64,000 nt of DNA from contig CAIIXF020000001.1 in assembly GCA_903813345.2 (NCBI GenBank), forward strand, positions 10,602,001 through 10,666,000, read 5' to 3'. A program made the translations under genes and the position numbers. Source of the DNA: Owenia fusiformis (lineage: Eukaryota). The notes under the pieces were generated by a model. The model was not told the DNA's origin and did no database searches. It saw nothing but the letters and a program-made list of their open reading frames with translations. Below, piece after piece: positions 1-12,768 of this stretch. Each line of letters starts with the position of its first letter. The first letter of the stretch is position 1.

Positions 1-20
1 AATCTTTCTTTTCTTTTCAG

Positions 21-1989
21 TCTTCGATATGGTTAAAAAGAGTAAGTATATGTAATTTGCTTAAATGCTCATTTAAATGGGAAAATATTTGGCAGCATTG
101 GTGCTGGTAGGGCCAGAATACATGGAAACATATATAGCAGCCACTTACCCTACTATCACACCAAACTAGTTTTCACTACGTTCTCGAAAACGGGCTTCAA
201 CTGTGTACGAACGGACCGGACGTACTTAAAACCGTTTGGGGTCTATTTACAAACGTCATCGAACGTACTCGAACGGGTAGGTCCTCTAGAACTTAGAACA
301 TGCTCAAAATGTTCTCATGGTCGATACGTTGGAGCTGGAGCTGGACGCACTGCGAACGGAACCGTCGTACTTCAATCCTACTAGGGACGTTTTAACAACG
401 AGTTGAACTGTCTGAGGACGTATTGAGAACGAGGTTGAACTAATTGCAAACGGATTGAAACTGATTAAGAACGTATTTAAGACTGTTTATGAACGAGTTA
501 GCAAAAATATAGCTATCACGCCAAACAAATTTCCACTGCGTTCTTCAAAACTGGTTTTAAACTGTGTGCGAACGGAATGAACGTAACTGCAACTTTCTAA
601 GGTCTGTTTACGAACTTCATGAACGTTCTCAGACGGGAATGTGATTTTAGAATTTTGAATCGATTCAAAATTCGATGACGACCACACCGTTCTGTAATCA
701 GGTCATGATGACCTTCTAGACCAAGGGATCAATTCAACATAAAACACCATCGGAATGTAACATTGAAATTTTGAACCGTGTAATACTTGAGCAAAATAGA
801 GCCTCCAAGTGCGCTCCTTCGTGATTTTTAAATTACCTCTTCTGCACCAAGGTTCCAATACACCGTTGGAAAGCTGAGAGTGTCAGCTTTAAGAATCCAA
901 CCTAGTGTTAATTTTGGCCTCTATCTCTACAAGGAAACAAAGGTTTTTCAATCGGATTGTGTCATACTGTTAGAAAATGATTTATCTTTAAAATGATATA
1001 TACTAAGTTTAAGATATATTATATGAATCATTCATCTTTAAATTTGGGTATTGTTTTTGGCCCACCCTGTTTATAGCAAAGTCCAATTGATTGGGAGATT
1101 CAAAGATCAAACTCATTGTTTCAGATCCATGTGCAGTAGGGGAAGTGATTTTAGACAGCCATATGTTGAACCATGAATACTATCTAGGCATAAATACAGT
1201 GATTTTTATTAAAATAATTTGTTTTCTTTTAAGTAAAGTACCCACGATGATAAAAATATCAATCGAACAATTCGAAAATTTATGAATAGGGACCCCATTT
1301 ACTCAAAAGATGATCTTCTTTTTCTGGTTTTTATTGCATGAAAAGATTATTCAACAAGGGGTCTAAAACTTCTTCAAACGTAGAATGGTATCGAAAGTCT
1401 AGTTTTGAAGATATCAATTTCCGATTACCAAAATCGTGCTGAAAACAATGGATAACACGAGTTTTCTCTATGGGAAAATAACATGGGATATGTGTTTTTT
1501 AAGTATAACGGATTTCAATACGCATCCTCTTAAAAGAGACCGACTTGGGCAAGGCTACCTTTTTTCAGAAATCGTTAATATAGTGTAGACGAAACTTTTG
1601 ATATGTTTAAATTGAGAAAAACAAGATCCTCTTTTTAGAAAATGAGCCTAACATTTTTAAAAGTACAATGATGGGGTCCTTACCCATAATTTTTCAGAGA
1701 GTTGGATTGATATTTTACTATCATGGCGACTTTACTTGAAAGAAAACATATTGTTTTTATAAAAAAAAACCTGTATTAATGGCCAGAAAGTACCTATGGT
1801 GAAGGATATGACCGTCTAAAATCACTTGCCATATTGCACATGGACCTTTACGCTTAGATCTTTCACCATGTGTTGTACATAAATGTTGCGTTGCCTAACA
1901 AATGAACAATATGTACAAGATTGTATTGTTTGTTTGCAGAGATTGTAAAACAGACCAACCCATTTCAACTTGTGCCTGAAGAGGATTAA
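21..1989 (+). CDS. 3' part (last two exons) of a putative secreted peptide precursor, family A paralogue 1; 5' exons lie before the window
   Basis: 21-nt microexon 21-41 (ttttcag|TCTTCGATATGGTTAAAAAGA|gtaagt) spliced phase 1 to terminal exon 1940-1989 (tttgcag|AG...TAA) gives xFDMVKKKIVKQTNPFQLVPEED*. AATAAA near 2205. Same exon architecture and similar sequence to the gene at 6369-10782. Confidence 0.7.
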
Positions 1990-3134
1990 ACAACAACGCT
2001 GGCGAATAAGACTAGTACATGTATATACCTCGTCGCAGATTCAAACTATATTCTGACTTGATCAAGGACATTGTATTTATTATTTACTGGATATATTTTG
2101 TATCAATACAAATCAGAGATGAAAGTGATTTTTTAATTGTTTTTATTTTATTTTCTCTCATCTATTCACGTTGAAAATGAATAATAGATCAGGGGGGAAG
2201 AATCAATAAAATCAGAATGATACAAGTACAGTGCATATGCATCTTTCATGGAACAACACCTTATTTTACATGCAAATTAAATGAGAGCCTATTTATCTAT
2301 TAAGTTAAATAGTCCACGAGAACTGTCCCTCCTACGAAATCCAATAATTTCTGATATTCCAAAAGCTCGAATTTTGCATCTTTATGGTGAACTGCTTTTG
2401 CCTATAGCTAATGCTACATTCGCTATCACACATCGCGATAGCATAACTACATTTGTATTTAATTGAAATCCGATTTCTCAAATGAGCTTTTCTTGAATGA
2501 AAGTGATCACCTGAGAAAATTTGGGCATCCACGGATGGAACCTTGAATTATCTATTAAGGAATTATCCTTCAAAAGACAGACCAGGATGCGATCCTACAT
2601 TGATAGCTGGATAGCTGATACCCCTCCCAAGATAAATAATTTGCAAACTTCATATTTTAACAAGTGATCGCCCTTTTACGATTCTCATTTCAGTAAAACT
2701 AAAGGGAAATGCCTTTCAAAGACATTCATAGTCAATTGGGATGACAAACCATCAAGTAGGCCAAGGGATCTCTATGCCCCCATTTCATTTACTTAGTCTC
2801 TCCCCCTACCTAGTAGATCAAGTGCGGTACATAAAGGTGCAGGTACGACCCCTGTTCCATCCCTTTCATTCTCTACTGTGTTTCATAATGACTGTCCTCA
2901 CCAATTACCAATCCTAGATGACATACATACATGTACCTCCATGTGGTATTACATCAGATGAAAGCTGGTTCAATTCTGGACTTTGATTTACTCGTTGCTC
3001 AGGAGGTTTTACAACTTGTAGCATATCTCTACAAAAGGTGTCCATTTGATATCTGGCATGCAATTGAGTAGCCACATTTTTTAAAAATAGCTGTGTGTAT
3101 TGAAAGCAATGATAACCAAGGCTCAGAACACTAT

Positions 3135-3390
3135 CTTGGGGCAGTAAGGTACAATCCTGGGGCATTAAGATTTTATGTTAAATCAATTGAAGATATTACC
3201 AACATGGTATTAATTTATTATGATAATCGTGAACGGTACCAAGTTGGGGCAGTAAGGTACAATCCTGGGGCAGTTAGGTACAATCTTGGGGCAGTAAGAT
3301 TTTATATTCAATCAATTGAAGATATTACCAACATGTTGTTTTAATTGATTATGATATACATAAAAGGTACCACGTTAGGGCAGTGAATTG
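3135..3390. repeat. Short tandem/dispersed repeat, ~21-bp unit TGGGGCAGTAAGGTACAATCC
   Basis: Unit recurs at ~3138, 3245, 3266 and 3287, with duplicated flanking sequence (caattgaagatattaccaacatg). Confidence 0.75.
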
Positions 3391-3746
3391 TACCTGCTAC
3401 TATTCCATTCATATTTATATGAGTTGGGCATAAATACTAGGTTAATCCGGTAGCCGACAGGCGTTGGTTGCATTCGCGAATACAAGGTTAATGATACATT
3501 TGCATAATACTTTCGTCAGAGTTAAAAGATATGTAGCTTTATTTCAAAATACTACCTGTTTCCCTGGGAAATAAAGTCGTAATTGTCCCTCTTGAAATCG
3601 TAAATACTCTAAAAATCGTATTGGGATCGTATTTACCAAGAATTACTTTCTTGGAAATGTAATTATAATCGTAAATCTACCCGGGACACTAGTAGTAGTT
3701 CATTTCAGAATGACCATGGTGCTTCATGTGGTTCTTGCACCATTGC

Positions 3747-3998
3747 AGTGGCGTAGCGTGGGTATTTTGTGAGTACACGCCACGAGTGAGAAGCGAATGG
3801 GCGGAGGGGGTGGGGGATTTGAAAATGGGTTTGCATTTGGAGCTTTTTGGGGCGTTTTAAATTACGAACACGACAAATATGGACTAATAAAATCTAAATT
3901 ATTGCCCATTTTTAAGCATTTTTAAAGTGTGGGGCATTTCAATATAAAAACAAACTTTTCTCTACGCGTTTTATGCGTATTATGACACTACGCCAGTG
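3747..3998. mobile_element. Short hAT-like MITE (CAGTGGCGTAG...CTACGCCAGTG); similar-ended elements at ~12443-12666, 38602-38757 and 60530-60752
   Basis: Imperfect terminal inverted repeats of the CAGKGGCGTAGC type. No clean 8-bp TSD visible. Confidence 0.5.
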
Positions 3999-4349
3999 AT
4001 TGGAAATGATCCTTTTTCAAATATTAGAAAATCAAAATTTAAAAAATATTATTGAATAAAAAGGTCATTTCATGGTTGATTTTCAATGGATTTTATTCCA
4101 TGGGAAATATGACATTGACCTCGGTTAATTATCATATTACCCTGGAATAAAATATTGAGAATCAATCATGAAATACTATTTGTTCAGTGATATTGGCAGA
4201 AATTCGATCGCAAAACTGAAATATTTTTAGGAAAGTTTAGGAAATAAATCTCCGAGCAAGCTAGGGAGGTTTGTGTCGTACTGGATTGAAGGAGAAAAGC
4301 TGCAACTGTCGACTGTGTGGAGTGTGCAAAAAATTGATTTTATATCAAT

Positions 4350-4730
4350 ATATTAATGGAAAATTGATTGTTGTATCAAAGAGCAAAAGTCTTTTCTGGG
4401 TCACCGCGAATGGCATGATTTCCTCGAGTCTTCAGTTGCTAGGCAACCATACTGGGACCGATTCGTGTCGTTCCACTACTGCCCTTGGTGGGGACTCGCT
4501 ACCATACTGTATGACTTCCGGAGTTTACTAAAGTACGTCAGTGGAGGAACCAACCACAGTCTCACAATCTGTCTCCGACAAGAGCAGTCAGAGAACCAAC
4601 CCAAGCCAAGGACCGGGTGTCCTGTAGTGACAATGATCAACAACTCCGTACCTGGGGCTCGAATGCGGGACCTCCGTATCCCACTACATTCGACCACAAA
4701 GTAGCCTCTTCGCCACTAGGCTACCCTGCT
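4350..4730 (-). mobile_element. tRNA-derived SINE
   Basis: Minus-strand head AGCAGGGTAGCCTAGTGG (Pol III A box) and GCATTCGAGCCCC (B-box-like), followed by a GC-richer body. No full cloverleaf. Confidence 0.55.
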
Positions 4731-5731
4731 TAGGTCAGGACCGCTAAAAAATAATGTAGTTGTTATAGTTATTTGCTTAGATAAACATGATGATGTTAAC
4801 ATTTCATAATCGATTAATCCCATTTAGTTTATCAAAACTGACCAACGATCAAGGAAACGCAATGAACCAAACAACTCGTGCAAAAGTTATGTCTACGGAA
4901 GTCTATAAAGCCTTGTTACAGATAATGAGTTTAGCATATAACACAAAGATCCAACTACTGGATGAATATAAGGAACGAAAGTTGTTAAGTTGCATTTGTG
5001 CTAAAATGTCAATTGTGTCTGAAAGAAATGATAAGGGACCATGTGCTTCTGAAAGCCGATGCGTGAAAACATTATGATATTGAGTTGTTCAGATCGGTCA
5101 ATATAACTGTGAGAAGGAATAGATAAATAAGATATCACATGTGAAATTTAAATCCTAGACACATTAAAAAATTTCTACTGATAATTTTGTGCTTTAGTTC
5201 TGTTTTAACACTGTTAAATGCAAACATAATCAAAGCCTTTTTCACATAAATTGATATTCGTAATTGTTAAAAGCAACCATAAAACAGCAAAAGACAAGTA
5301 TGGAATGTCCCTTTATCCTCATCGTGAGATATCACAGCCTTCTCTCAGTTTCCTTTCTAGAACATCCTTGTGCATTGCCAGAGATGGTCTGAGTATCAGA
5401 ATGCTTTATCCTTGGTCCAAGAGTATTTCACTTATTTTCTGAATTGAGTGATAAATGAAGTCCTCTGAATAAAGAATGTGTTCCTTTAACGACTTGACCG
5501 CTTGACCTCAACAGATATTGATCTTCAATGACAGCTTCGTTGACCAAATCAAGACAATTATAATTTCATATTTCATCTTGGACACATGTGCATATCGCCT
5601 CACTGGTGCGAACTTCCAGGTTTACTATTTTTTCTTTTGGTCATGTATACATTTTTCAATTTGTGACAACAATGTCACGCTTTGTCATGGTTTCGGGTGA
5701 TAAGGATTAATAGCAATAATAATTTACTTTG

Positions 5732-5872
5732 TATAAACATCTAATGGGATAGAAAATATGCATCCTGTATGTATAGTAAAACTTAATACACGATTAAAAC
5801 TAAGGTGAGTCGGGTCAAACTGGAGAATAATTAATTGTCACCTATCTAAGACGAAATCTAACTTTAATTAAG
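5732..5872 (+). promoter_or_regulatory. Candidate TATA box and non-coding first exon of family A paralogue 2
   Basis: TATAAA at 5732-5737, followed by strong donors AAG|gtgagt (5804/5805) and AAG|gtaagt (5872/5873). Acceptor at 6348/6349, 20 nt before the ATG. Confidence 0.45.
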
Positions 5873-6368
5873 GTAAGTGATTTATTTGTTACAGTATTGA
5901 ACATTTTTTGTTTCAGCTTTATTAGGGTCACTTGCATAGAACTATTTTGAATGGAAGCAGTACACTAAATCTGTTAAAATTTTTTTTTATCTCTCAGCAA
6001 CTTGAGTATCCTTTGGAAGAATAAATCAAAAATGCATGAAATGATACTAAATATTGAGAAAGAACAATGGAGAAATACTATTACTTATAATACTTTCTAC
6101 CAACGCCGCGAGTTATTGGATAGAAACTCAAGTAAACGTTATATAGTATTTTCCTTCTTCAGACGAATCTTTCAAATCTGCAATTCACTGAAGCAGGTTA
6201 TTTATAGATGTACGATCATCATTTTGAAATTTTCAAACTCCGTCTTACATCCAAGTGTGAGCGATGAAATGGTGCAACTGTGTACTGTATAATGCAGTCT
6301 TGACTGAATACCTTAGTATTATCTTACATTTCATTTGTTTATTTCAAGCTGGAAACCCATAACTAGAG

Positions 6369-9300
6369 ATGATGACAAAATCGTCGATGATCATGATCAT
6401 GTGCATTTTATTATGGATGGCACTTGTTACAAATGGGATTCCGTCACGTCGCAAAAACAACACTAGGACTGTAAAAAACAGTGGATTGAAAATGAAGGTT
6501 AACGATTTATTCAAGGGAAAAGTCAATATCCGGGAAGTTACGTTTCGTTCAGTGTAGTGAGCTGTGGGTGCATGCATATACAGGGGGGGGGGGGGGGGGT
6601 CCCAAAGATGAGCGGTGGTAGTGTCACATTGGATAACCAATGACAGTCTTTTGCCACTGAAATTGATCTCAGAATGTTCGCTCGAGGAGGATTGGCTCCC
6701 AGGATGCAATCCCGATATTTTCAAACAATGAATCCGATCATTGGAGGACGTCTTGATAAAAAAATCGAGTCTTGAAACAGACGCCATTTTTCACTTCAGA
6801 ATTCGAATCGCGAGTTTCGGTTTTATTTCCAAACCAAAAATTTCAAATCACACAAGAAGTGATCAAGATATTTAGCTCAAATATTTTGGATCGCTGATGA
6901 GTTATAATGTCAGAAAATTACGACATTGGGATTTTCAATGTTGATATCGATCAAGGTTAAGGTATTTTACTTCCCTTACCGCTTTTGTTTGTCCGAACTA
7001 CTCAGAAGTGAGTAGGTAGTTACCAGTTTCACCACCAGGTGGCTAATTCGGGCAGATGCTATGGGGGGGGGGAGGTTAGAAAGTTTCCCTTAAGTTACCC
7101 TTAAATGGTTTTTTACACCCTCTAAAGGTTTTTGGGGTCCAAGATATATTTTGCAATTATACTTTGCAACCAGAGAAGCTTTTTTCATTCTGACTTCAGT
7201 TTTACATAGGATAATCTATTGCCTTTCAGAATATGTATGCATTATTTATCATGAATGCATGGAAATATGTGTAAACCTAATCATAAGGGGTCGGGTGTTT
7301 TAGCATTTTGTAACATTTCGTAGCATTTATATATAGCACTGTATTAATTGAATATGGTTCAGTGATAGTGATGTTCTTTGGCCTCAGGTAGCACAAAAAG
7401 TATCATGCGATTTATATCTGGTTTGTTTTATCTGAAAGGAATTGAATTAATTGAGGATAAGATAGAATTTCATGTTGATATAATGATTATTTCTGATATT
7501 ATTATTGCAAAGAATGAGCTCTGGGGTCCAAACGGACCCCAAAAACCATTTAAGGGTTAAACTTGAATATTCATTAGTTTTAGTGGTTCAGTTTTCATAT
7601 TCCCCTTATGTATCTGATAGTTATGCAAATCAAAATATGTCCAGTAAAAGAAAAAATATAAAGTTATATTTCACTTATAACATGGGTCTATGGGGAATCT
7701 TCCCGACCTAGACTTTTTATTCCTACTCACATCTAGTCAATTTCCAACCGTTAGTTTCCGACCGAATACAACACGTCGTTGAGATGATTTAATCGATGTT
7801 CTTTACACCTTTCTTTATCTTGATGTGAAATCTTGATGCTATGTTGGTGGGTTTCATTCCTGCACGGGGCATTGAATTGAGCACATCCCCTTTCATGGCT
7901 AGTGTCTGACTCGTTACATTACAGCTCTCAGGACGAGATTATGATTATGAATTTATAGCAGTCAGTTATAATGTCAGAAAATTACGACATTTGGGATTTT
8001 CAATGTTGATATCGATCAAGGTCAAGGTCGAATATTTTCGTCCCAGGGACGCGTCTCAAAAGCAGATGTGTGTAGATAAAACAAAGACTACAAATCGCAT
8101 GAATTAGTTGAGAATGTTTTTAAAGGTTAATTTGCCTAAAATTAGGAACATATAAATTTGATAAAGAAATACGTTTTTTGAATCACTGTATGCCATCATT
8201 ATCAATTCCATAGTTTTATATGTAATTAAATATGTTTTATATTTAAACTGCCGATGACATGTTTGCTTACGATTTTCAGCTGAAGAAAACCCCAAAAGGA
8301 TTTTTCGAGTTCAAATTTGAGGATGAAAATAACGCAGACACTCCTAAAATTAGTAAGCTCTTTAACTATATAAATATGCAGTCATACGATATACACAACC
8401 TGTTGAAAAAAAAATTCAAAAAGTTTTGAATTCTTCATTTAAGCAGTTTTGATCACAAATTAGGCGAGACCAATGTAAAACTTCACATCTACGGAACTGT
8501 CACAACAAAAAATCTCGAACTTATCTTGTCCCTATCCATTGAAAAAGGTACACTCCCCTCCATAAGTTTGGCAACCTTAGCTCCCCCATTGAACTACTTG
8601 TTAAACTCTTTACCTTTGAATTTTTGTTTACGATGAAAAAACTACTATTGATGGAAACGTAATTTGACTATTTCCAATACCTCCAAATTTTCTCAATTAT
8701 TTTCCTCAATTACAATAAGTCGAAAATTGATGATAAATTTGATAAATTTTTGAAAATCGACATTCCCATGTTAACCAATGGGAAATGGTAGGTTTGCCAC
8801 AAGTCAAATGACAGAATATGCATCCATCCGAATCCATGCAAATAATACGAGTTAGGCAGGCAATTGAATTTGCTAACTTTATCTAACAAAAAACTGATAT
8901 GTTGAACCATTGGTTCAACAAAGTTATAGGGCTTTAAAGTCAAAATTGTTTTTCAAAAAACCTCTCCCATTGAAATAACACAAGAGGCGAAAAATTATTT
9001 TCAAAAATGACTTTGAAGCGCTGTAACTTTAGTATTCATAAACTAAACACTTAGTGTACAAAAAAGTTAGACAATTCAATTTTCTATATAAAAATATTTT
9101 TGCCGAATCTTTTAATGAAAAGATATCCTGATTTCTGATTTGCATCGAACCCTCCATTTCCCATTGGATTACATGGGAATGACGATTTTCAAAAATTCAT
9201 CATCAATTTTCGACCTATTGTAATTGAGGAAAAAATTGAGAAAATTTGGGGCTATTGGAAATAAAGTCAAGTTAGGTTTTCATCAATATAATAAGTTATT

Positions 9301-10782
9301 TCATCGCCGGTTAAGTAAATAAAAATCAAACGTAAAGAGGCTTTAACACGTAGTTCAATGGAGGAGATAAGGTTGCCAAACTTATGGATGGGAGTGTATT
9401 ACCTGAAAGCAATGACACAGTGTGCGCAATTCCTTTTATCGAAGTCCAAAAAATCATTTAGCCTACTAATCTAGTATGAGACGTGTTCCTCAATACCAAC
9501 ATTCCCTTTCGGAATTTACATTTGCAAACAGACCATTGGTAGCAAAATGTTTGACATAAAAAAAGAAATTCAGGCCGGTTCATGTTAATATGTATACTAA
9601 GGATATCTGATCAATTTATTTTCATCCAAATTGAGGCATTCATTTGTGCAATGGATTCCAATTGTATAAGGCTCTTACCATCCTGTAGTTCGTGTTTCTA
9701 GCGGAAATGGCTTTCAAAAATTTCGGAAAAAATGAATGAGTTACTACTTCATTCATGACGAGGAAGATAAGCAAAGAACCAGAAATAGTTTTTATTTCAA
9801 TGGACATTGAAAATACGTTTTCAAAGGTTTGGGCTCAATTTGGCAAGTGCAATAAGATCTCTGAAAACTTCCCCCAAACACTCTTTACCAATTACTTGAA
9901 TTCCGAATTATATATATATATTTCTTTTACCTTACTTTTTCGTGATACTTCTGATGATGTTTTTGTCTAGAAATATAATCAAAATATTATTTACACCCAC
10001 ATACAATGCGTCTCTGACAGACTTTGTAAGATTTCGATCTGGTGCATACAGTACTTATATTTTTGACATTACTAAAATAACTGTAATGTTTCTCCACCAA
10101 ATATTATACTTTCACAAATTGCATCACACCTCAAGTGTTCTAAAACCGCTCTCATTAAAATATGTCTCCAACTTTGATGGAGCAGGTTCTAGCACAAAAA
10201 ACGTGGACACCTTTTGGGCCACCCTGCACATTATGGCTGCATCCGTTCCGAAAAATGATTGCAGCTTTGTTACTTCCTGGTTTGAGTCACTCACCCTGTG
10301 TAAATCAAAGATGTGTGTTTTTATAATTACAAGCCCAAATGCATACTAAAATTATAAGGTATATCTCAAATAGAAACCGTAAATATTTTTTATATTTCAG
10401 CATGGGACCCTGTGAAAAAAAGTAAGTCAATTTTTCTCAATTACCCAAGTTGTTTCAACATGAACACGCATAGGCCAATAGAATTTTTACAAGACTGTAT
10501 TATATTTTAAAATTCACTCTCATGACTGACGATATTGTTTTCCATATTTTCAGCAATTTTCAGAAAATTGGTCGAGTTTTACATCGTCTCTAAAAAAACG
10601 GAGACTCAAATATTTTTCAAAAAGAGTGTTTGGCTGTTTCTACTTAACTTTATAAACCATTTGTGATAATGTACCTAATGAAATATAATAATACCTTTAT
10701 AGTTTATATATGATCGTATTTTACAGAGCACATCAGAAAAATAAATGCTTTTGGCCAGTTCGTTGGAATCGGAAAACGATAA
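6369..10782 (+). CDS. Putative secreted amidated peptide precursor, family A paralogue 2 (~92 aa)
   Basis: Exons 6369-6497 (donor AAG|gttaac is weak; 6536 is an alternative), 8280-8352, 10401-10421 (21-nt microexon) and 10727-10782 splice in frame to MMTKSSMIMIMCILLWMALVTNG-IPSRRKNNTRTVKNSGLKMKLKKTPKGFFEFKFEDENNADTPKITWDPVKKKHIRKINAFGQFVGIGKR*. Hydrophobic signal peptide, C-terminal GKR amidation/cleavage signal, AATAAA at ~10834, 10906 and 10940. Confidence 0.72.
7004..7734. mobile_element. Non-autonomous DNA element with AGATGCGAGTAG-type short TIRs; further copies 26783-27209 and 43009-43405 (inverted)
   Basis: Shared gtaggtagttacc...caccaccaggtggct head and aacatggggtctatgggga segment in three places. 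Ends are inverted repeats; TSD unclear. Confidence 0.7.
8551..9396. mobile_element. Tc1/mariner-type MITE with long TIRs and TA TSD
   Basis: ta|CACTCCCCTCCATAAGTTTGGCAACC...GGTTGCCAAACTTATGGATGGGAGTG|ta, with ~230-bp imperfect TIRs. Second copy at 49184-50054 in the opposite orientation. Confidence 0.8.
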
Positions 10783-11039
10783 ACAGCTTATGAATCAAGA
10801 TTTTGGACGGTATCAACTGTATATGAATACTTTAATAAATCGTCATGCAACGTGAGCGTGCTAGCATACTAAGGAAGTTGTGACATAATTTGTTTTATTT
10901 TTGTAAATAAATACAATTTAATGTATTTAATGTTACCCCAATAAAAAGTCAAATGTGACTTGTATAGAACATTAAGAACTCTTCGTCTTTAAGTACTTAT
11001 GACTGCCTTGTCATTTTGCAATAATTATATCAAATATAT

Positions 11040-11175
11040 GGTCCTACTCTCCATTGATTTATGGTGACCTAAATACAACTCTTTCCCTCATTATCTTATA
11101 CGCAATCAGGGCCAGTAAGGGCCATTAAGAAAGGGGATCATAATCCCTGGGGGATCATCATTTCTTTCACACCTG
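11040..11175. repeat. Interspersed repeat fragment; inverted copy at ~52482-52620
   Basis: ggtcctact...ggtgacctaa...gggccagtaagggcc...tttctttcacacc matches the reverse complement at 52482-52620. Confidence 0.65.
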
Positions 11176-12054
11176 GCTGCCCAGATGAGCCTCCGGGCTC
11201 AGGACCGTCCGCCAGCTCCAGAATCTAGATGGCCTCAGCGAGGAGGCATACCGAAGACCAATCGACGTCGCGTCGCCGTATATCTCTTAGAAATTATACC
11301 TAGTTTTGGCGACATTATACATATTAGACAACTTTAGTAAAAAATAAATGAAAAATTCTTGATATGTCTCGTAATATGTCATGCCTCGGCCATTTTCCAA
11401 AATTAGACGTTCCCACCCCGAGAGATGCACATCGTTCGGACACCATATGGATACAATAGGGGGGGGGGGGGGTCATTTGGTTATAAATTATTATTGCGTA
11501 GAAGTTCGAGACACAAACCTTTCTTAAAGTTTCGTGGTCAATACAGCTACTATAATTCAATGAGAATGTGTTCACAATTAAAAAATAAAAATGAATAATG
11601 CGAGCGCAAAAACACCTCGGTGTGAACTGCTTCATTCCAGTCAAACCAACGTTCGGATTAGACAAGTTTTACTGTAGTCATTGAAAATAAACATTACATT
11701 GAATAAAGATATCTAAATTATAGAACAGATAGCAAGTCAAGCAGATCCACAGTTTTCCATAATTCATCCAGAGTCCTTCAATTATGAATTTATTTCATAT
11801 AAAACTTGACAATGACTTCCTTTTATAAGAGAAATAGTGCTATCAAAGCTAGATGTAAAACATAAAAGAAAAATATGAGGTTTGATCACGTGTATATTAA
11901 CTCGTATATTGAGAGGACTGATATGGTTTACACCACTTTGACTGTATCTCAATGTTACCAACATATAATATGTGAAACTCTTCAATTGAAAATGTGTCTT
12001 TTGAACATTTTAATTCCATTGTTGAATTTGCTACATACAATATGATGAAATATT

Positions 12055-12120
12055 GCTGAGATTGTTCGGCAGATACTGACATTGTTCGACAGACACTGAC
12101 ATTGTTCGGCAGACATTCCC
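12055..12120. repeat. 20-bp minisatellite CTGACATTGTTCGGCAGACA, about 3 copies
   Basis: Direct tandem copies visible. Confidence 0.75.
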
Positions 12121-12768
12121 ATAACATTCTTACATGAGGGACTTGCAGAATATGTTTTGAGAAGATAGAGAGTGGAATACATTTTATTTCAAAATGAGAA
12201 CTAGCATTAGATGGATAAAGAGCAATTCAACATTAACTGCAATTCTCAAGGTTAATGAGCAATGTACAACATATATCTTAGTAATAAAAACATTTATTGT
12301 TTCATGTAATGCAAAAAAATTGAACTTTCTACAATGAAATCTACATAATATAAGAACATGACTTATTTATTGTTCTCATAAGATGAACTGATCACTGTCC
12401 CAGTATTTAAAGTGTGGATCATTAATTCAGAATAAACTGCTCCAGGGGTGTAGCCAGCAATTATCAAGGGGGTGGTCATTTTGGGGTTTGTATCTGCAAA
12501 CGAAGCGAGCCCAAAAAAGGAAGGTACGGGGGAAATTTGTATTGTACATGGTGCATTATTAGCATTTCAAAGTATAATTTGTGAATGATTTTTCAACAAA
12601 TTTTACACAATTGCTTTTTTTCTTTTTTGGGAGGGGTTGGGGTGAGCACCCCCTGGCTATGCCTATGCTGTTCTGTATATTACATGATGTGTGAGTATCG
12701 TGGATCAAGTCCCAGTAGTTCAAACTACTATGCATATTACATATTACAGACCAGTCCCAGTCACTGCT

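Noticed and set aside
1125-1187. Possible 63-nt frame-preserving exon (PCAVGEVILDSHMLNHEYYL) between the microexon and terminal exon of family A paralogue 1
   Set aside because: It needs a weak non-canonical GC donor (AG|gcataa), and the paralogue has no equivalent exon.
6344-6787. 147-aa minus-strand ORF
   Set aside because: Antisense to the signal-peptide exon and runs through a poly-G tract and transposon fragments; not protein-like.
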